Assembly: GCA_018711655.1 (NCBI GenBank)
Contig: DVIA01000043.1
Coordinates: forward strand, 14,130-78,129
From: Candidatus Pullichristensenella avicola
Lineage (GTDB): Bacteria > Bacillota > Clostridia > Christensenellales > Aristaeellaceae
DNA length: 64,000 nucleotides
Direction: 5' to 3'
Numbering within the stretch: position 1 is the first letter of the stretch; each line of letters begins with the position of its first letter. The position numbers and the translations under genes were made by a program. Shown piece after piece: positions 16,820 to 26,734 of the stretch. Below the pieces are notes generated by a model. That model saw only the letters and a list, made by a program, of their open reading frames with translations. It did no database searches and was not told the origin of the DNA.

Positions 16820-19441
16820 ATGAATTTCTACACCGAGCCTCTGCGCGATATCCTTGGCCATTTCGGCTGCGACCCGCAGAAAGGTCTGAACGAGGCCCAG
16901 TTGGATCAGGCCCGCGCCAAATACGGCAAAAACGTGCTGCGGGAAGCCAAAAAGCCATCGCTGCTTATGCGCTTTCTTGCACAGTTCAAGGATGTCATGA
17001 TCATCATCCTCATCATCGCCGCCGTGATCTCCTTCTTTGTCGCCGCGCAAAGCGGCGAGCCCAAGGAATTCCTCGAGCCGGCGCTGATTCTGGCCATCGT
17101 CATTCTCAATGCAATCATGGGCATGATGCAGGAGAGCAAGGCGGAAAAGGCCATGGAGGCGCTCAAGAGCATGTCCGCCCCGCATGCGCGCGTGCTGCGC
17201 AACGGTCGCGAGACCATACTGGACGCAAGCGAACTGGTGCCGGGCGATGTGATTCTCGTCGAAGCGGGCGATTTCGTGCCGGCAGACGCGCGTCTGATTG
17301 AATCGGCGAGCCTCAAAAGTGAAGAATCGGCGCTGACGGGCGAATCCGTTCCCGTAGAGAAGGACGCGCAGGCCGCCGTCGCCAAAGACGCGCCGCTGGG
17401 CGATCGCGTGAACATGCTCTATTCCGGTTGCTCGATTACCTACGGCCGCGGCCGCGCCGTCGTTACCGCCACCGGCATGGACACGGAAATGGGCCGCATC
17501 GCCGGCCTGTTGGAAAGCGCCGACGACACGCAGACCCCCCTGCAACACAAACTTGCCCACCTGGGGAAAATCCTCGGCATCGTCGCCATCGCAGCCTGCG
17601 CGGTGATTTTCGTCATCGGCCTGCTCAACAAAATCCCTGTCCTGGAGATTTTTATGACCAGCGTTTCGCTGGCTGTTTCCGCCATTCCCGAGGGTCTGCC
17701 GGCCATCGTCACGGTGGTGCTTTCCATCGGCATCCAGCGCATGGCGAAGAAAAACGCAATTATCCGCCGTCTGCCCGCCGTGGAAACGCTGGGCAGCGCT
17801 TCGATCATCTGCTCGGATAAGACTGGAACGCTGACGCAAAACCGCATGACGCTCACGCGCGCCTATGCCGTGGACGGCAGAGGGATCGAGGAGATCACCG
17901 CCAACTGCTCGGACGCGGTGCGCCGCGTGCTGTCCTACGCCACGCTCTGTTGCGACGCCAGCGTTGAGATTGAAAACGGCAAGGAAAAGCACATCGGCGA
18001 TCCTACGGAAACGGCCATCGTTGCCGCCGCAGCCAAAAACGGCATTACCAAGGCCGCGCTCAACCGCAAGCATCCTCGCCTGTGCGAGATTCCCTTTGAT
18101 TCCGATCGCAAACTGATGACCACAGTACATGAAATCGACGGCGGTCTGTTTGCCATTGTCAAAGGCGCGTTTGACGTCATTGAGGACCGTTGCGCCCCGG
18201 GCGGCTGCCCGGCCGAGGCCGACGACATCGTCAACGAAATGAGCGAGCAGGCCCTGCGCGTGCTGGCGGTGGCCATCAAAAAGCTCGACCGCGTGCCGGA
18301 AAACCCGGTTTCCGAGGAATTGGAGACGGGCCTGACGCTCATCGGCCTGGTCGGCATGATCGACCCGCCGCGTCCTGAAGTGCGCGAAGCGGTCAAAATT
18401 TGCCGTCGCGCCGGCATCACTCCGGTCATGATTACCGGCGACCATGTGGTAACCGCCGCGGCCATCGCCCGCGAATTGGGCATCCTCGTGGAAGGCAACG
18501 AGGCCATCACCGGCGCGGAACTGGCCAGTATTTCCGATGAGGAACTTGCCGCGCGCGTGCGCAACATCTCCGTCTATGCGCGCGTGTCCCCGGAGGACAA
18601 GATCCGCATCGTGCGCGCCTGGCAGAGCCAGGGTGAAATCGTATCCATGACCGGCGACGGCGTCAACGACGCCCCGGCGCTCAAGGCCGCCGACATTGGC
18701 TGCGCCATGGGCATTACCGGAACGGACGTGGCCAAAGGCGCCGCGGATATGACCCTGACCGACGACAACTTTACGACCATCGTAGACGCCGTGCGCGAAG
18801 GCCGTGGCATTTACGACAACATTCGGAAAGTGGTCGGTTTTCTGCTTGGCACGAATATTGGCGAAATTCTGTGCGTATTCTTCGCCATGATCCTCTGGCA
18901 CCGCACGCCGCTTTTGTCGATGCAGCTTCTTCTGATCAATCTGGCCACCGACAGCCTGCCCGCCATTGCGCTGGGCATGGAGCCGGTGGAAAAGGACATC
19001 ATGGATCGCAAGCCGCGTCCCAAGAGCGAGAGCCTCTTCGCCAACGGCTATGGCTTGCAGATCGCCCTGCAGGGGCTGATGTTCGGCGCGCTGACGCTCA
19101 TTGCCTATTGGCTGGGCGAACACCATGCCGGCCGCATCGAGGACGGCCAGACCATGGCCTTCCTGGTGCTGGCGCTTTCGCAGGTCGTACAGGCGTTCAA
19201 TATGCGTTCCACGCATTCCCTGTTCAAAATCGGCCCGTTTACAAACGGAAAGCTCAACTGGGCGGCGCTGGCTTCAACGGCGCTGGTAGCGCTGGTGTCT
19301 TTTGTTCCCCCGGTACGTTCTGCCTTCGGGCTGGTTGCCCTGCCGGGAAGCCTGTACCTGTGGGCGCTGGGGCTGATCCTCTTCCCCGTTGTGGCCATGG
19401 AGGCGGCGAAGGCGTTGGAATTCATCAAACACCGCAACTGA
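16820..19441 (+). CDS. calcium-translocating P-type ATPase (PMCA/SERCA-like, P2 type)
   Basis: ICSDKTGTLTQNRM phosphorylation motif, MTGDGVNDAPALK hinge, TGES actuator motif, and N- and C-terminal TM bundles; 873 aa. Confidence 0.92.
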   Translation: MNFYTEPLRDILGHFGCDPQKGLNEAQLDQARAKYGKNVLREAKKPSLLMRFLAQFKDVMIIILIIAAVISFFVAAQSGEPKEFLEPALILAIVILNAIMGMMQESKAEKAMEALKSMSAPHARVLRNGRETILDASELVPGDVILVEAGDFVPADARLIESASLKSEESALTGESVPVEKDAQAAVAKDAPLGDRVNMLYSGCSITYGRGRAVVTATGMDTEMGRIAGLLESADDTQTPLQHKLAHLGKILGIVAIAACAVIFVIGLLNKIPVLEIFMTSVSLAVSAIPEGLPAIVTVVLSIGIQRMAKKNAIIRRLPAVETLGSASIICSDKTGTLTQNRMTLTRAYAVDGRGIEEITANCSDAVRRVLSYATLCCDASVEIENGKEKHIGDPTETAIVAAAAKNGITKAALNRKHPRLCEIPFDSDRKLMTTVHEIDGGLFAIVKGAFDVIEDRCAPGGCPAEADDIVNEMSEQALRVLAVAIKKLDRVPENPVSEELETGLTLIGLVGMIDPPRPEVREAVKICRRAGITPVMITGDHVVTAAAIARELGILVEGNEAITGAELASISDEELAARVRNISVYARVSPEDKIRIVRAWQSQGEIVSMTGDGVNDAPALKAADIGCAMGITGTDVAKGAADMTLTDDNFTTIVDAVREGRGIYDNIRKVVGFLLGTNIGEILCVFFAMILWHRTPLLSMQLLLINLATDSLPAIALGMEPVEKDIMDRKPRPKSESLFANGYGLQIALQGLMFGALTLIAYWLGEHHAGRIEDGQTMAFLVLALSQVVQAFNMRSTHSLFKIGPFTNGKLNWAALASTALVALVSFVPPVRSAFGLVALPGSLYLWALGLILFPVVAMEAAKALEFIKHRN

Positions 19442-19496
19442 CGGCGAACGGCAGGCCCTGCGCACACTGCGACGCTTGCCGCGCACAGCCGCATTT

Positions 19497-19530
19497 CCCG
19501 GACACGGCACGCCGTGTCCGGGACAATTTT
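19497..19530 (+). terminator. rho-independent terminator after the ATPase gene
   Basis: CCCGGACACGG-cacg-CCGTGTCCGGG (11-bp perfect stem) followed by ACAATTTT. Confidence 0.75.
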
Positions 19531-19550
19531 CACCTGGAGGATGTTGAACA

Positions 19551-21332
19551 ATGAGCGAACGCAAGGATATACCCGTCGCCGATCAATGGCGCCTGGAGGA
19601 CATTTATCTGACGGACGCGGAATGGGAAAACGCATTGCGCGCCGCGGAAAAACTCGCAAACGACTTTGGTCGTTTCGAAGGAACGCTTGACAAACCCGAG
19701 TCTCTTTTGGAATGCATGAAGCACGATTCCGCCATGCTCGAAATCGCTTCCAGCGTCTTTGCCTATGCGCGCATGCGCCGCGACGAGGACAACCGCGTGT
19801 CCGCCAATCAGGCCCTGACCGCGCGGGCGCAGGCGCTGCTTACAAAGGTGGAGACGTCTGCCAGTTTTCTGACGCCGGAATTGCTCTCGCTTCCGGCGGA
19901 GTATCTTCGCGAGGTCTGTGAAAAGCCGGAATTTGCCGAATTTGCCGTCACGCTGCGCGAAATCGAGCGCCAGCGGCCGCACACGCTTTCCAAGGCCGAG
20001 GAGCGCATCGTGGCCATGGCCGGGGAGATGGCCGCCGCGCCGGACACCATTTACACCATGCTCGCCGACGCGGACATGAAATTTCCCGTCATCAAGGACG
20101 AAAAGGGCGAGGACGTGCGCATCACCCATGCCAACTACATCCCCCTGATGATGAATCGCGACCGCGGCGTGCGCGCGGCGGCGTTTGAGGGGCTGTATAC
20201 CACCTATCAGTCCTTTGCCTCCACCATCCCTGCGCTCTACGACGCCTCGGTGCGCGCCGACATCTTTTCCGCGCGCACGGCGAAGCACAAGAGCGCGCTG
20301 GAAGCGGCGCTGTTTCCGGATCAGGTGTCCGTGAGCGTCTACGACAACCTCGTTTCCGCTGTGCGACGGCACATCCCCTCGCTGGCGCGGTTTGTAAAGC
20401 GCAACGGGAAATTGATCGGCGTGGACGACATGCGCATGATCGACCTCTATGTGCCCGCCGTCGAGGGGATTGACATCAAGCTCCCCTTCGATCAGGCCTA
20501 TGATCTGGTCACAGACGCGCTTTCCGTGCTCGGCGAAGATTATCAGGACATCCTGCGCACGGCGCGCAGGGAGCGCTGGATCGACGTCTATGAAAACGAG
20601 GGCAAGTCCGCAGGCGCGTATTCGTGGGGCACCTATGGAACGCATCCCTATGTGCTGCTCAACTACAAGGAAAATCTCGATTCCGTGCTCACCATCGCCC
20701 ATGAGATGGGCCATTCAGCGCATACCTATTTGAGCAACAAACGTCAGCCCTATCTGGACGCGGAATATTCGCTTTTTGTGGCCGAGGTGGCCTCGACGAC
20801 CAACGAAATCCTCGTTTTGCGCTCCCTGATGGAGCGCTACAAGGGCGACAGACAGGCGCAGGCGTTCCTTACCTGGCACCTGCTCGACGGCTTCCGTGGC
20901 ACAGTGTTCCGCCAGACGATGTTCGCCGAGTTCGAGCGCGAGGCGCACGCCATGGCCGAGCGCGGCGAAGCCCTGACCGCAGACAGCCTCAACGCCGTCT
21001 ACGCCGGCCTCAACGCCGCCTACTACCCGCAGGTTCATCAGGATCCGCTCATCGCCTACGAGTGGATGCGCATTCCCCACTTCTACAACGCCTTCTACGT
21101 CTACAAATACGCCACCGGCTTTTCTGCGGCGATGGCGCTTGCAGAGGGCATCCTTCAGGAAGGCGAAAGCGCCGTGGCGAGGTACAAAGAATTCCTTTCT
21201 CTCGGTTCCAGCGTACCGCCGCTGGAGGCGCTGCGCGTAGCCGGCGTGGACATGGAACGCCCCGAAGCCGTGGACCGCGCGCTGGACGCCTTCGACGCGC
21301 TGGTGGAGAAGTACGAGGAACTGACGAAGTAA
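19551..21332 (+). CDS. pepF: oligoendopeptidase F (M3B)
   Basis: 593 aa with the HEMGH zinc motif (LTIAHEMGHSAHTY) and typical PepF length and layout. Confidence 0.92.
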   Translation: MSERKDIPVADQWRLEDIYLTDAEWENALRAAEKLANDFGRFEGTLDKPESLLECMKHDSAMLEIASSVFAYARMRRDEDNRVSANQALTARAQALLTKVETSASFLTPELLSLPAEYLREVCEKPEFAEFAVTLREIERQRPHTLSKAEERIVAMAGEMAAAPDTIYTMLADADMKFPVIKDEKGEDVRITHANYIPLMMNRDRGVRAAAFEGLYTTYQSFASTIPALYDASVRADIFSARTAKHKSALEAALFPDQVSVSVYDNLVSAVRRHIPSLARFVKRNGKLIGVDDMRMIDLYVPAVEGIDIKLPFDQAYDLVTDALSVLGEDYQDILRTARRERWIDVYENEGKSAGAYSWGTYGTHPYVLLNYKENLDSVLTIAHEMGHSAHTYLSNKRQPYLDAEYSLFVAEVASTTNEILVLRSLMERYKGDRQAQAFLTWHLLDGFRGTVFRQTMFAEFEREAHAMAERGEALTADSLNAVYAGLNAAYYPQVHQDPLIAYEWMRIPHFYNAFYVYKYATGFSAAMALAEGILQEGESAVARYKEFLSLGSSVPPLEALRVAGVDMERPEAVDRALDAFDALVEKYEELTK

Positions 21333-21335
21333 GAC

Positions 21336-21373
21336 GGGCAAAGCGCTCCGGCAATGGTCGGGGCGCTTTGCCC
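21336..21373 (+). other. 11-bp GC hairpin between pepF and the DUF1848 gene (no U-tract)
   Basis: GGGCAAAGCGC-15nt-GCGCTTTGCCC, located 4 nt after the pepF stop and 6 nt before the GGAGGAG RBS of the next gene. Confidence 0.4.
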
Positions 21374-21392
21374 GCATGGAGGAGATACGGGC

Positions 21393-22319
21393 ATGATCAT
21401 CAACACCGGCGCGCGCACGGACACCGTGCAGTATTATACGGACTGGCTTTTGCGCCGCTTTGCCGAAGGCTATGCGCTTTCGCGCAACCCGCTGTTTCCG
21501 GACAAGGTGACGCGCTACGAACTGACGCCGGAGAAGGTGGACTGCGTGGTGTTCTGTTCCAAGAACTACGCGCCCATCCTGCCGCGCCTGCGCGAAATCA
21601 CCGAGCGCTTCCCCACCTACTTTTATTACACCATTACCGCTTATGGAAAGGACGTGGAGCCGGGCGTGCCGTCCATCGAGCAGAGCATGGAGACGCTGAT
21701 GGCGCTGTCCGAACAGGTGGGCAAAGGGCGCGTCGCCTGGCGCTACGACCCGGTGCTGCTCACGCGCAGGTACACCATTGCGCGCCACATGGAGACGTTT
21801 GAACGCATGGCCGCGACGCTCGCGCCGCACATCGACCGCTGCATTTTCAGCTTTGTGGAAATGTACAAAAAGCTGGAGAGCAATATGCCGGAGATCATCC
21901 CATTTTCGGATTGGGAAATGGATCAGATCGCCCGTGGACTGGGCGCCATCGCGCAGAAGTACGGCGTTTCTTTGCAGACCTGCGGCACCAACGGGGAGTA
22001 TTCCCGCTACGGCATCCACCCCTCGGGCTGCATGACGCTGGATATTCTCGGCAGAGCCAACGGCATTGAATTCAAGGATCTCAAACACAAGGGCACGCGG
22101 CAGGGCTGTCACTGCATCGAGAGCCGCGATATCGGCGCTTACGACACCTGCCTGAACGGCTGCAAGTACTGCTACGCCAACAAAAACCCCATGCTGGCCT
22201 TTCAGAACTACAAGCTGCACGACCCCGCCTCGCCGCTGCTGCTTGGACACTTGCGGCCGGAGGACACCATCGCGCAGGGGGCGCAGAAGTCGTTTCGCAA
22301 GGAGGCGCGGCATGGCTGA
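21393..22319 (+). CDS. DUF1848-family protein with C-terminal CxxxCxxC cysteine cluster
   Basis: GGAGGAGATACGGGC-ATG at 21393. MIINTGARTDTVQYYTDWLLRRF is the typical DUF1848 N-terminus. The C-terminus reads GCHCIESRDIGAYDTCLNGCKYCYAN. Confidence 0.75.
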   Translation: MIINTGARTDTVQYYTDWLLRRFAEGYALSRNPLFPDKVTRYELTPEKVDCVVFCSKNYAPILPRLREITERFPTYFYYTITAYGKDVEPGVPSIEQSMETLMALSEQVGKGRVAWRYDPVLLTRRYTIARHMETFERMAATLAPHIDRCIFSFVEMYKKLESNMPEIIPFSDWEMDQIARGLGAIAQKYGVSLQTCGTNGEYSRYGIHPSGCMTLDILGRANGIEFKDLKHKGTRQGCHCIESRDIGAYDTCLNGCKYCYANKNPMLAFQNYKLHDPASPLLLGHLRPEDTIAQGAQKSFRKEARHG

Positions 22320-22977
22320 GCGTCCCATGGGCGCGATGGCGCTGTACGAAGCGCTTCTGCGCGCATACGGCGAGCCGCGCTGGTGGTCGGAGGACGCCTA
22401 CACCGTTCTCTTTCAATGCGTACTGGTGCAAAACACAGCCTGGAGCAATGTGGAAAAGACCTGCGCGGCCATCGGCGAAAGGCTGAAGCCGGAGGTCATC
22501 GGGAATCTTGCGCAGGAGGAACTGGAGGCGCTCATCCGCCCCTGCGGGTTTTGCCGGGGAAAGGCGCGCGCCATCCGGGCGCTGACGGCGTGGTTCGGGA
22601 AATACGGCTTCGAGCGGCAGAACGCCGCGGGCGTATCCACGGAGGAATTGCGCGGAGAACTGCTCGCCATCCGCGGCGTGGGCGCGGAGACGGCGGACGT
22701 CATCCTCGTCTACGCCTTTTTCCGCCCGAGCTTTATCGTGGACGCCTACACGCGACGGCTGCTTGAGCGCCTCGGGCACGATTTTGCGGACGACGCGGCC
22801 ATCAAGCGGTTCTTTGAGGGCGCACTGCCGCGGGACGCGCGGCTGTACGGGCATTTTCACTGGCTTATCCTCGAACACTGCATCGGCGCGTGCCGGAAGG
22901 CGGCGCGGTGCGAGGGGTGCGCGCTCAATGGAGCGTGCATGGCGTATACGAAAAATGCCTCGCCTACAGGCAGGTGA
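22312..22977 (+). CDS. endonuclease III-related HhH-GPD protein (COG2231-like)
   Basis: The ATG at 22312 overlaps the DUF1848 stop (ATGGCTGA). LLAIRGVGAETADVILVY helix-hairpin-helix motif with a downstream Asp (FIVDAY). C-terminal cluster CRKAARCEGCALNGAC (C-x5-C-x2-C-x5-C). Confidence 0.8.
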   Translation: MAERPMGAMALYEALLRAYGEPRWWSEDAYTVLFQCVLVQNTAWSNVEKTCAAIGERLKPEVIGNLAQEELEALIRPCGFCRGKARAIRALTAWFGKYGFERQNAAGVSTEELRGELLAIRGVGAETADVILVYAFFRPSFIVDAYTRRLLERLGHDFADDAAIKRFFEGALPRDARLYGHFHWLILEHCIGACRKAARCEGCALNGACMAYTKNASPTGR

Positions 22978-23227
22978 GGCCATAGAGGCAGCGAAAACTG
23001 AGGACGCAGGCAGCGAGCGCCACGGCGAAAGCGGCGGCGCGCAGCCATTGCCGCGCAATGAGCGAGGCGGCGCAGAAGATCAGCATTTGCAGCGCCAGCG
23101 GCGGCAGGAGGAGATAGACGACGCCGCCCGCGCCCGGACCGTAGGCGGGCGCTTCCAGCGCCGAGGCGGCGCACGCCGCGACGGCGACGCAGAGGCCGGG
23201 GAGCGCTTGGCGGACAGCGTCGCGCAT
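22964..23227 (-). CDS. small hydrophobic protein (87 aa), hypothetical
   Basis: AAGGAAGG RBS 9 nt upstream of the ATG at 23227. Two or three hydrophobic segments (LPGLCVAVAACAA..., VVYLLLPPLALQMLIFCAASLI..., AAAFAVALAACVL). The 3' end overlaps the convergent EndoIII-like gene by 14 nt. Confidence 0.4.
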   Translation of the reverse strand: MRDAVRQALPGLCVAVAACAASALEAPAYGPGAGGVVYLLLPPLALQMLIFCAASLIARQWLRAAAFAVALAACVLSFRCLYGLTCL

Positions 23228-23328
23228 GGGGATCGACCTTCCTTTTCTGCCGGATATCCGGCGCTTGACAAGTCATCTCTTGGACGCGCCGCGGCGGGGG
23301 ATGGTTCCATTTCCACCCATATGTTCCC

Positions 23329-25593
23329 CTACTCCCCCAGCATCCGATCCAGCACGCTGAGCAGCGTGGCTTTCGCGCCTTCGCCCGCGGTCGCGCCGAC
23401 GCAGCTGGGGCAGCCGTTTTCGCAGGGGCAGGCGGCGAGGACTTCGCGCGCCTGGCGGAAAAGCTCCCTGTCCATCTCGAACACGCGCTCGGACAGGCCG
23501 ACGCCGCCGGGAATGGAATCGTAGAGGTAGATGGTGGGGCGGCCCGTGAAGGGATCGCGCACATGATAGACGACGTGGACGTCCTGCGCGGCGCACATCA
23601 GGTACATGGGCGCGATGTGGCGCAGGATGTGAGCGAGGCCGACCATGGCGTTTTTCACCGGCTCGCGCTCATAGTCATTTTCCAGCCATTCGGGCAGCGT
23701 CCACCAGGCGGCGGTGGTCTGCATTTCCAGTTCCGGCAGCGTCACCGGGCCCCAGCCGAGGTTTTCGTGGGTGTCGAAGCGTATTTTCTTAAACAGCGTG
23801 ACGATGGAACTGACCAGCACCTCGCCGCGCGAGCGCGTCAGGGAGCCGGAGGGAACGCATTCAAACTCGTCGAGAACCTTCAAACTGGTGGTAAGGTCCG
23901 CATCGGTGTAGTAACCGACATCCACGCGGCGCACATAGCCCTTTTTGTCGTCAAAATCGAGCTTTTCCACCTGGTACTGGCTGCCCTCGTGCATGTAGAT
24001 GGCGTACTGGTGAAGGAGCATCGGCACGGTGAAGCGATCCATCTCGCCGATGACGCGATGCTTCTTGGGGTCGGTGATATCGACGATGAGAAAGTTCTGA
24101 TCGCTGGCCGAGCGCAGGTTGATGCCCGCCTGCGGAAATTCCTCCGCCATCCAGTAATAGCGCCCGGCAACATGGCGCAAAATTGCCTGGTCGCAGAGGT
24201 AGTCGAGAAGTTCCGGGGTATCGCTGACGCCGTCGAAGCATTCGCCGTCCTCAAAGGGCAGTTCATAGGCGGCGCATTTGACGTGGTTCAGAAGAATGTA
24301 GAGATTGTTCGGGTCGATCAGCGCCTGTTCCGGCGATTTTCCGAAAAAATAATCCGGATGGTTGACGATATACTGGTCCAGGGGGCTGGAAGAAGCCACG
24401 AGGATCATCAGGCTTTTGCCGCCCCGCCGCCCGGCGCGACCGGCCTGCTGCCAGGTGCTGGCGATGGTGCCGGGATAGCCGCAGAGCACGCAGGCGTCGA
24501 GTTGGCCGATGTCGATGCCCAGTTCCAGCGCGTTGGTGGAAACCACGGTAAGGATGTTGCCTTCGCGCAGTTCGCGCTCGATCTCACGCCGCTGCGTAGG
24601 CAGATAGCCGCCGCGATAGCCGCGCACGCGGCCGGCATTGCCCAGAGGATCGCGCACCATGTCCTTCAAATAGCGCACCAGCACCTCCACGGTGAGGCGG
24701 GCCCGGGCAAAGACGATGGACTGTACCCCCGCGCGCAGAAGCCCGGCGGCGATATTGCGCGTTTCCGGAATGGAACCGGCGCGGATGCCGAGTTGGCGAT
24801 TGACCACCGGCGGGTTGTAAAAGACCACATGCCTCTCGCCCGCGGGCGCGCCGTTTTCGTCGATAAGGCGCACGGGGCGGCCGATCATCGCCTCGGCAAG
24901 TTCGCCGGGGTTGGCGATCGTGGCTGAACAGCAGATGAAGGTAGGCCGGGAACCGTAAAAGCTGCAGATGCGCTTCAGGCGGCGAACGACGTTGGCAAGG
25001 TTCGAGCCAAATACGCCGCGATAGGCGTGAATTTCGTCGATGACCACATACTTGAGATTTTCAAAAAGCTTGACCCATTTGGCGTGGTGCGGCAAAATGC
25101 CCTGATGCAGCATGTCCGGATTGGTAACCACCACATGGCCCGCCTGGCGGATGGCCGTGCGCGCCGAGGCGGGCGTATCTCCGTCGTAGGTATAGGCCTT
25201 GACCGGCGCGCCCATATCCTCGATGAGGGCGTACAGTTCCGCGGTCTGATCGCTGGAAAGCGCCTTTGTGGGAAAAATGTAGAGGGCGCGATTGGCCTCG
25301 TTTTGCAAAATGGCGTTGAGAACGGGCACGTTGTAGCAGAGCGTCTTGCCCGAGGCCGTGGGCGTGACCACCACGCAGTCCTCCCCCGCCAGCGCCGCCT
25401 CGATGGCGCAGCGCTGATGGATGTAGGGACGCTCAATGCCCCGGCGGGCGAGCGCCGCGACAAGGCGCGCGTCCAGCCCGGCGGGAAAATCGGCGTACTT
25501 CGCCTCCCGCGCCGGCAGCACGCGCCACGAGGTGACGTTCTTCATAAACGAAGGGCTGCTTTTCAGATGTTCAATGTAGGCTTCGACGTTCAT
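23329..25593 (-). CDS. DEAD/DEAH-box helicase with C-terminal DUF1998 zinc domain (YprA/MrfA family)
   Basis: VVVTPTASGKTLCYN (Walker A), VVIDEIHAYRG (DExH), QQAGRAGRR (motif VI) and C-terminal ACPCENGCPSCVGA; 754 aa. The start overlaps the thiI stop (ATGA). Confidence 0.88.
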   Translation of the reverse strand: MNVEAYIEHLKSSPSFMKNVTSWRVLPAREAKYADFPAGLDARLVAALARRGIERPYIHQRCAIEAALAGEDCVVVTPTASGKTLCYNVPVLNAILQNEANRALYIFPTKALSSDQTAELYALIEDMGAPVKAYTYDGDTPASARTAIRQAGHVVVTNPDMLHQGILPHHAKWVKLFENLKYVVIDEIHAYRGVFGSNLANVVRRLKRICSFYGSRPTFICCSATIANPGELAEAMIGRPVRLIDENGAPAGERHVVFYNPPVVNRQLGIRAGSIPETRNIAAGLLRAGVQSIVFARARLTVEVLVRYLKDMVRDPLGNAGRVRGYRGGYLPTQRREIERELREGNILTVVSTNALELGIDIGQLDACVLCGYPGTIASTWQQAGRAGRRGGKSLMILVASSSPLDQYIVNHPDYFFGKSPEQALIDPNNLYILLNHVKCAAYELPFEDGECFDGVSDTPELLDYLCDQAILRHVAGRYYWMAEEFPQAGINLRSASDQNFLIVDITDPKKHRVIGEMDRFTVPMLLHQYAIYMHEGSQYQVEKLDFDDKKGYVRRVDVGYYTDADLTTSLKVLDEFECVPSGSLTRSRGEVLVSSIVTLFKKIRFDTHENLGWGPVTLPELEMQTTAAWWTLPEWLENDYEREPVKNAMVGLAHILRHIAPMYLMCAAQDVHVVYHVRDPFTGRPTIYLYDSIPGGVGLSERVFEMDRELFRQAREVLAACPCENGCPSCVGATAGEGAKATLLSVLDRMLGE

Positions 25594-26732
25594 ACGATCT
25601 CTACGCGCGTGTTTTCCACGGCTTCTGCGACCAGCGCCTCGACGTCCAGTTTGCGCTCGGCGTCCGGCATGGTGTCGAGCCTGGGCTTGGTGACGGGGTG
25701 GCGGGGAGTAAACACGGTGCAGCAGTCCTCATAGGGCAGAATGGAGGTCTCATAGGTGCCGATTTTTTCGGCGATCTCGGTGATCTCCAGTTTGTCCATG
25801 CCGATGAGCGGACGGAACACGGGCATATCGACCACCGCGTCCGTGCAGGCGATGGCCTCCATGGTCTGGCTGGCCACCTGACCGAGGCTCTCGCCGGTAA
25901 TGAGGGCCAAAGCGCCGAACTTGCGCGCCAGCCGCTCGGCGATGCGCATCATGAAGCGGCGGGTAATGAGCGTGCCGAGCCCTTCCGGGCACTTTTCGTG
26001 AATTTCCGTCTGCACCTTCGTGAAAGGCACGAGGTAAACGCGCATGCCGTTTTCGTATTCGCCGAGTATCTTCGCAAGCTGCAACACCTTATCCAGCGCC
26101 AGTTCGCCGGTGTAGGGCGGGCTCTGGAAATGGATGGCGCAGGTGGTGACGCCGCGCTTCATCAACTGATAGCCGGCCACGGGGCTGTCGATGCCGCCGG
26201 AAAGCAAAAGCGCCGCCTTGCCGCCCGTGCCCATGGGCATGCCGCCCACGGCCTTCCACTCCTCAACGCAGACGTAGGCATGGTCGCGGATTTCCACGTT
26301 GAGGCGATGCTCGGGGTGGTGGACGTCCACATGCAGTTTGGCGTTGTCCTCGAGCACGCGACCGCCGATCTCGGTGGCGATCTCCATGGAATTCATGGGA
26401 AAATGCTTGTCCGAGCGGCGGGCAAAGACCTTGAACGAACCGGAGAGCGGACGCATCAGTTCCACGCATTTGGCGGAAACGGCTTCAAATTCCTTGTCCA
26501 TTTCCCAGGCGGGGCTGACCGAATAGACGCCGAACACGCGGCGCACGCGCTCGCCGCAGGCGCGCATGTCCTCCACGCCGGCGACGTAGATGCGCGAATC
26601 CGCCAGCCACACCTGGCCGCCCAGAGGCTTGACGGCGCGCCGGATGTTCTCGGTGAGCGTTTTGAGAAAATAGGGGCGATTCTGTCCCTTCAGATGGACT
26701 TCCCCAAAGCGTACCAGCAAAACTTCTCGCAT
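25590..26732 (-). CDS. thiI: tRNA 4-thiouridine(8) synthase
   Basis: MREVLLVRFGEVHLKGQNRPYF (ferredoxin-like/THUMP N-terminus) and the PP-loop LLLSGGIDSPVAGY. Confidence 0.93.
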   Translation of the reverse strand: MREVLLVRFGEVHLKGQNRPYFLKTLTENIRRAVKPLGGQVWLADSRIYVAGVEDMRACGERVRRVFGVYSVSPAWEMDKEFEAVSAKCVELMRPLSGSFKVFARRSDKHFPMNSMEIATEIGGRVLEDNAKLHVDVHHPEHRLNVEIRDHAYVCVEEWKAVGGMPMGTGGKAALLLSGGIDSPVAGYQLMKRGVTTCAIHFQSPPYTGELALDKVLQLAKILGEYENGMRVYLVPFTKVQTEIHEKCPEGLGTLITRRFMMRIAERLARKFGALALITGESLGQVASQTMEAIACTDAVVDMPVFRPLIGMDKLEITEIAEKIGTYETSILPYEDCCTVFTPRHPVTKPRLDTMPDAERKLDVEALVAEAVENTRVEIV

Positions 26733-26734
26733 GT

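Noticed and set aside
16646-19216. 856-aa minus-strand ORF
   Set aside because: It is the antisense shadow of the P-type ATPase gene (which carries clear DKTGT and GDGVNDAP motifs on the plus strand). The composition is Arg-rich.
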